This document shows, one piece after another, positions 60,986 through 64,000 of a stretch of 64,000 bases of DNA (position 1 is its first letter; each line of letters starts with the position of its first letter). The DNA lies in the NCBI RefSeq assembly GCF_006345805.1, contig NC_043009.1, positions 1,054,001-1,118,000 on the forward strand, written 5' to 3'. The DNA is from Octopus sinensis (taxonomy: Eukaryota). The notes under the pieces were generated by a model. It saw nothing but the letters and a program-made list of their open reading frames with translations. It ran no database searches and was not told the origin of the DNA. The position numbers were made by a program, and so were the translations under genes.

Positions 60986-61163
60986 AAGAAAATGAGATGA
61001 CGAAGGAATAAACAATTATCTTGTGAACTTCATTAGCTTACAGTTGTTTCTGTTATAAGAAGTGCCTGATTAACACCTTATAACTTCATTCGAACCTTGA
61101 AACAGCTGTAAGCTAATGAAGTTCACAAGATAATCGTTTACTCTTTTGTCATCTCATTTTCTT
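60986..61163. repeat. Imperfect hairpin, ~65-bp arms, with a partial hammerhead-like GAAACAGCTGTA
   Basis: AAGAAAATGAGATGAC...GAACTTCATTAGCTTACAG.TGTTTC pairs with GAAACAGCTGTAAGCTAATGAAGTTC...GTCATCTCATTTTCTT. Confidence 0.8.
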
Positions 61164-61275
61164 AAGGTGAAATGACTTCAACTGAAGTGTGAAACTCTGC
61201 TGTGTTCTCTGCTGCTTGCTTTTTTTACAGTGTTTGCCAAATAACAGTGATCTCTTTGCTTGACTTTTGTTACAG

Positions 61276-61361
61276 GAACAGGTAAAACTCGCTTGAACAT
61301 CATTGTACAATCTTTATTGTTAAGAAGAACCAAAGATCAGACGGTGAATGGGAAACCACTG
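61276..61361 (+). CDS. TTF2: TTF2 coding exon 17 (TGKTRLNIIVQSLLLRRTKDQTVNGKPL, motif IV)
   Basis: TTACAG acceptor, GTAAAT donor, LRRTK motif, phase 1-0. Confidence 0.94.
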
Positions 61362-61407
61362 GTAAATAGGATGTTTTGTTTTACCAAATTTCTTAAAAAC
61401 TGGTATG

Positions 61408-62105
61408 CTACTTGGCAGTGAGACATGAGCTGTGACTACTGAGGATATGTGGAGGCTTGAAAGAAATGAAGCCAGTATGCTCCACTGGATCGGTAATGTT
61501 AGTGTACATATATGACAGTGTAAGTGATTTTAGAGAAAAACTGGGTATACGAGGCATCAGAATAGTGTGCAAGAGAGAAAACTGCACTGGTATGGCCATG
61601 AAATGTGTATGAATGAAGACAGTTGCATCAGGAGGTGCTGATCTCTGATTGTGGAAGGGGTAGACCCAGGAAGATGTGAGATGAAGTGGTGAGAAAAGAT
61701 CTACAGCCGTCGGGACCCAAAAGGAATGACAGGACCCAGACACCTGGCAGTTTGCTGTGCTTGAGAAAACATGCCAATCCAAGTAAAAGCATGGTTGTCC
61801 TTGTGTACAGGGGCATGTCCCCTGCATTCTTCTTCAGCTGAGCCTTCCTAATCTTGCAGGCTTGTGGGTGCTGGTGCCACGTGATAAAACACCCATGCCA
61901 GTGCCATGTAAATGTACCCCTGCCAGTGCTGTGTAAAAGCAACCAATACACTCTCTAAAGTGGTTGGCATTAGGAAGGGCATCCAGCCATAGAAACCATG
62001 CCTAAACAGGCATGGAACCCGGGCAGCGCTCCAGCTGGCCATCACCTGTCAAACCATCCAAACGTCTGTTTTGCAGCATGGAAAGCAGACATTAAATGAT
62101 GATGA
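61408..62105 (+). mobile_element. RTE LINE 3' fragment with UTR tail
   Basis: Decayed ...EKLGIRGIR...LHWYGH... followed by the family 3' UTR and (GAT)n. Confidence 0.75.
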
Positions 62106-62855
62106 TGAAGTCGTGCCACAAACTGAAACTGCAATTCAGATGTGGTGGTCACTTTTCTTTTACTCTGAAACTGAAAGAAGCCTGTCATATGTATGTGTGT
62201 GTGTGTGTGTTGTGTGTGTGTGTGTGTGTCTTTGTATTTGTGTGTGTCTCTACCATCACCACTGCTTGATAATAGTTATGTTTATGTCCCCCCATAACTT
62301 AGCAGTTTGGCAAAAGAGACTGATAAAATAAGTACCAGACTTAAAAAAAATTTCTTCAAGGCAGTGCCCCAGCATGGCCACAGTCTAATGATTGAAACAA
62401 GTAAATGGCCTTGGAAAACTTATGAATGTCAGCTATGGCACAAGAAAGGTATTCAGTATAAACTGGAAAAGTTGGCGTTAGGAAGGGCATTCCGCTGTAG
62501 AAACCATTGCCAAAGTTTACATTGAAGCATGATGCATGCATGATGATGATGATGATGATGTCACAACTCAGAATTTCCTGACTCCACTGAAATCAATGAG
62601 GATCGATTAATCCATCATTATTATCATTTAACATCTGTTTCCATCTGAAATGGGTTGGGCGGTTTTACAAGATCTCAATTTTGTGGTGGTAGGCCGATGG
62701 TTTTCCCCTAGAGACAGTATTTCTGAGCAAAAGATGGGTTAGTCAAGAAGAAAATGTTTTGGAATATAGTTCAGCCTGATAAGAGCTTGGTCTAGACAAC
62801 AACACTGACAACAACAACAACAAGTAACTGATTTAAAGCAAATTATTTTTTCCAG

Positions 62856-62947
62856 ATTAAAATGACCAAGAAGAAACTATCAAATTACAAGCTGACATTG
62901 TCACCCGAGGAACAAAAGCTGTACAGTAAGATTTTCAAAAGAATTCA
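62856..62947 (+). CDS. TTF2: TTF2 coding exon 18 (IKMTKKKLSNYKLTLSPEEQKLYSKIFKRI)
   Basis: TTTTCCAG acceptor, GTGAGT donor; LS.EE..LY motif follows motif IV; phase 0-2. Confidence 0.9.
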
Positions 62948-63334
62948 GTGAGTATAGTTTGGAATTAGTTTCAGCTACTGATTCCTTATTACTTTACCAA
63001 TATTCGAACTCTTTTTCTTTCTGCTTTTCTAAGTTTCTTCAGTTTCTTTATGCATATGGAGTTGATAGAAAAGGAACAAGGCTTATAATCAGTCGATGAG
63101 AAACTGAAAGAAGCCCGTCGTGTGTGTGTGTGTGTATGTCTTTGTATTTGTGTTTGTCTCCACTATCACCACTGCTTGATAATAGTTATGTTTACGTCCC
63201 TCCATAACTTAGCAGATTGGCAAAATAGACTGATAAAATATGTACCAGACTTTAAAAAAAAATTCTTCAAGGCAGTGCCCCAGCATGGCCACAGTCTAAT
63301 GACTGAAACAAGTAAAAGAGTAAAAGATATATAT

Positions 63335-63367
<33 letters not shown>

Positions 63368-63799
63368 GTGGTTAAATGTGTATCAGGTGAACAAATGCGA
63401 TAGGCATGTGGACGCCTTTGAAGTAAATAAATAAATGACATCAGTTCATAGTTAAAATGATTTATTTACTGAATTGTGTTTGCCTTTGGTATACAATATT
63501 CTTCACTACATGTAATTGTTGACAACTGCAACGAGTTGCTAGTAATAGAAACATGGCACATCTGTAGAGGTGATATTTCAGAACTGAATATGTGTGTGTG
63601 TGTGTATGCGTAGTTCATCTGAGAAGGTAGTCTGCCATGAAACTTCATTCAAACATTTCTCTCGTTCTCTGCATGACTGTCAAAGCCTTCTGTCTGCGTT
63701 GTGGGCCTTTCCTTGTCTCTCCCTCTGCTGACCATCGTATTTCTAACAGCTGTGGCAGCTAGAAGGACAGACATACAGCAGCAGAGATTGTGCCTAAAT

Positions 63800-63853
63800 A
63801 GGTCAGCTCCTGTCCATTTGAACTTTGCCTGACGTGGCTGAGGTCATAGGTCA
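63800..63853 (+). promoter_or_regulatory. Candidate nuclear-receptor element cluster with a perfect DR1
   Basis: AGGTCA at 63800, TGAACTTTG at 63819, TGACGT at 63830, AGGTCA-T-AGGTCA at 63841-63853, in apparently non-repetitive sequence. Confidence 0.35.
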
Positions 63854-64000
63854 AAGGGAGATGATTTATCATTTTTCTGACGGGACAAAGAAAACCTTTT
63901 TTCGTGCCTGTTGGTTGTGGTGGTTTAGATGACCCAGAATCCTTAGATTTAGTTTCGATTCTAAGCTTGGGGAAGAAAGTGTTAATTTTTACATATATAT

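Larger units (their letters stand above)
2166..64000 (+). other. TTF2: TTF2/lodestar-like gene span (SNF2-family ATP-dependent DNA translocase), 3'-incomplete in window
   Basis: Manually spliced exons give a continuous frame: MESVLCSGHKKECYLKTGGKPGPNFKRSFYVC...LPDKG...LYGGRMT...[12 protein letters not shown]...GILADDMGLGKT...TLIITPASLVHQW...DIVLTTY...VILDEAH...LTGTPIQN...LLLRRTK. The N-terminus and the LPDKG and LYGGRM blocks match TTF2 rather than other SNF2 subfamilies (recalled homology). Confidence 0.93.

Overview
Eukaryotic (metazoan) genomic DNA, not prokaryotic. The dense (TA)n/(CAT)n microsatellites, tRNA-derived SINEs and RTE-LINE tails suggest an octopus-like cephalopod; the taxon is inferred from memory of the repeat landscape, not from a search. 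One protein-coding gene runs through the window on the + strand: a TTF2/lodestar SNF2-family DNA translocase. I reconstructed 18 coding exons by hand, from the ATG at 2166 to 62947, with all phases consistent (about 671 codons). They encode an N-terminal Cys/His zinc-finger-like region and helicase motifs I-IV, and the gene continues past the window end. The introns are mostly transposon debris: RTE and Tx1/L1-like LINE pieces, SINEs, Tc1/mariner, Tigger/pogo and several MITE families. Main points of interest: (1) several inverted-repeat elements carry type-I hammerhead ribozyme motifs, including a ~600-bp foldback with one hammerhead per arm, and the copies on the TTF2 sense strand are generally the more damaged; (2) two diverged ORF1-only (HAL1-like) retroelements share a 3' tail with a SINE family; (3) an RTE subfamily has a 3' UTR amplified into hierarchical 62-bp/~340-bp tandem arrays at three loci; (4) a frame-symmetric TTF2 exon is present as two identical copies; (5) one intron needs a GC donor; (6) there is an orphan 5' half plus intron of tRNA-Leu(CAA). 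Most ORFs in the supplied track are spurious.
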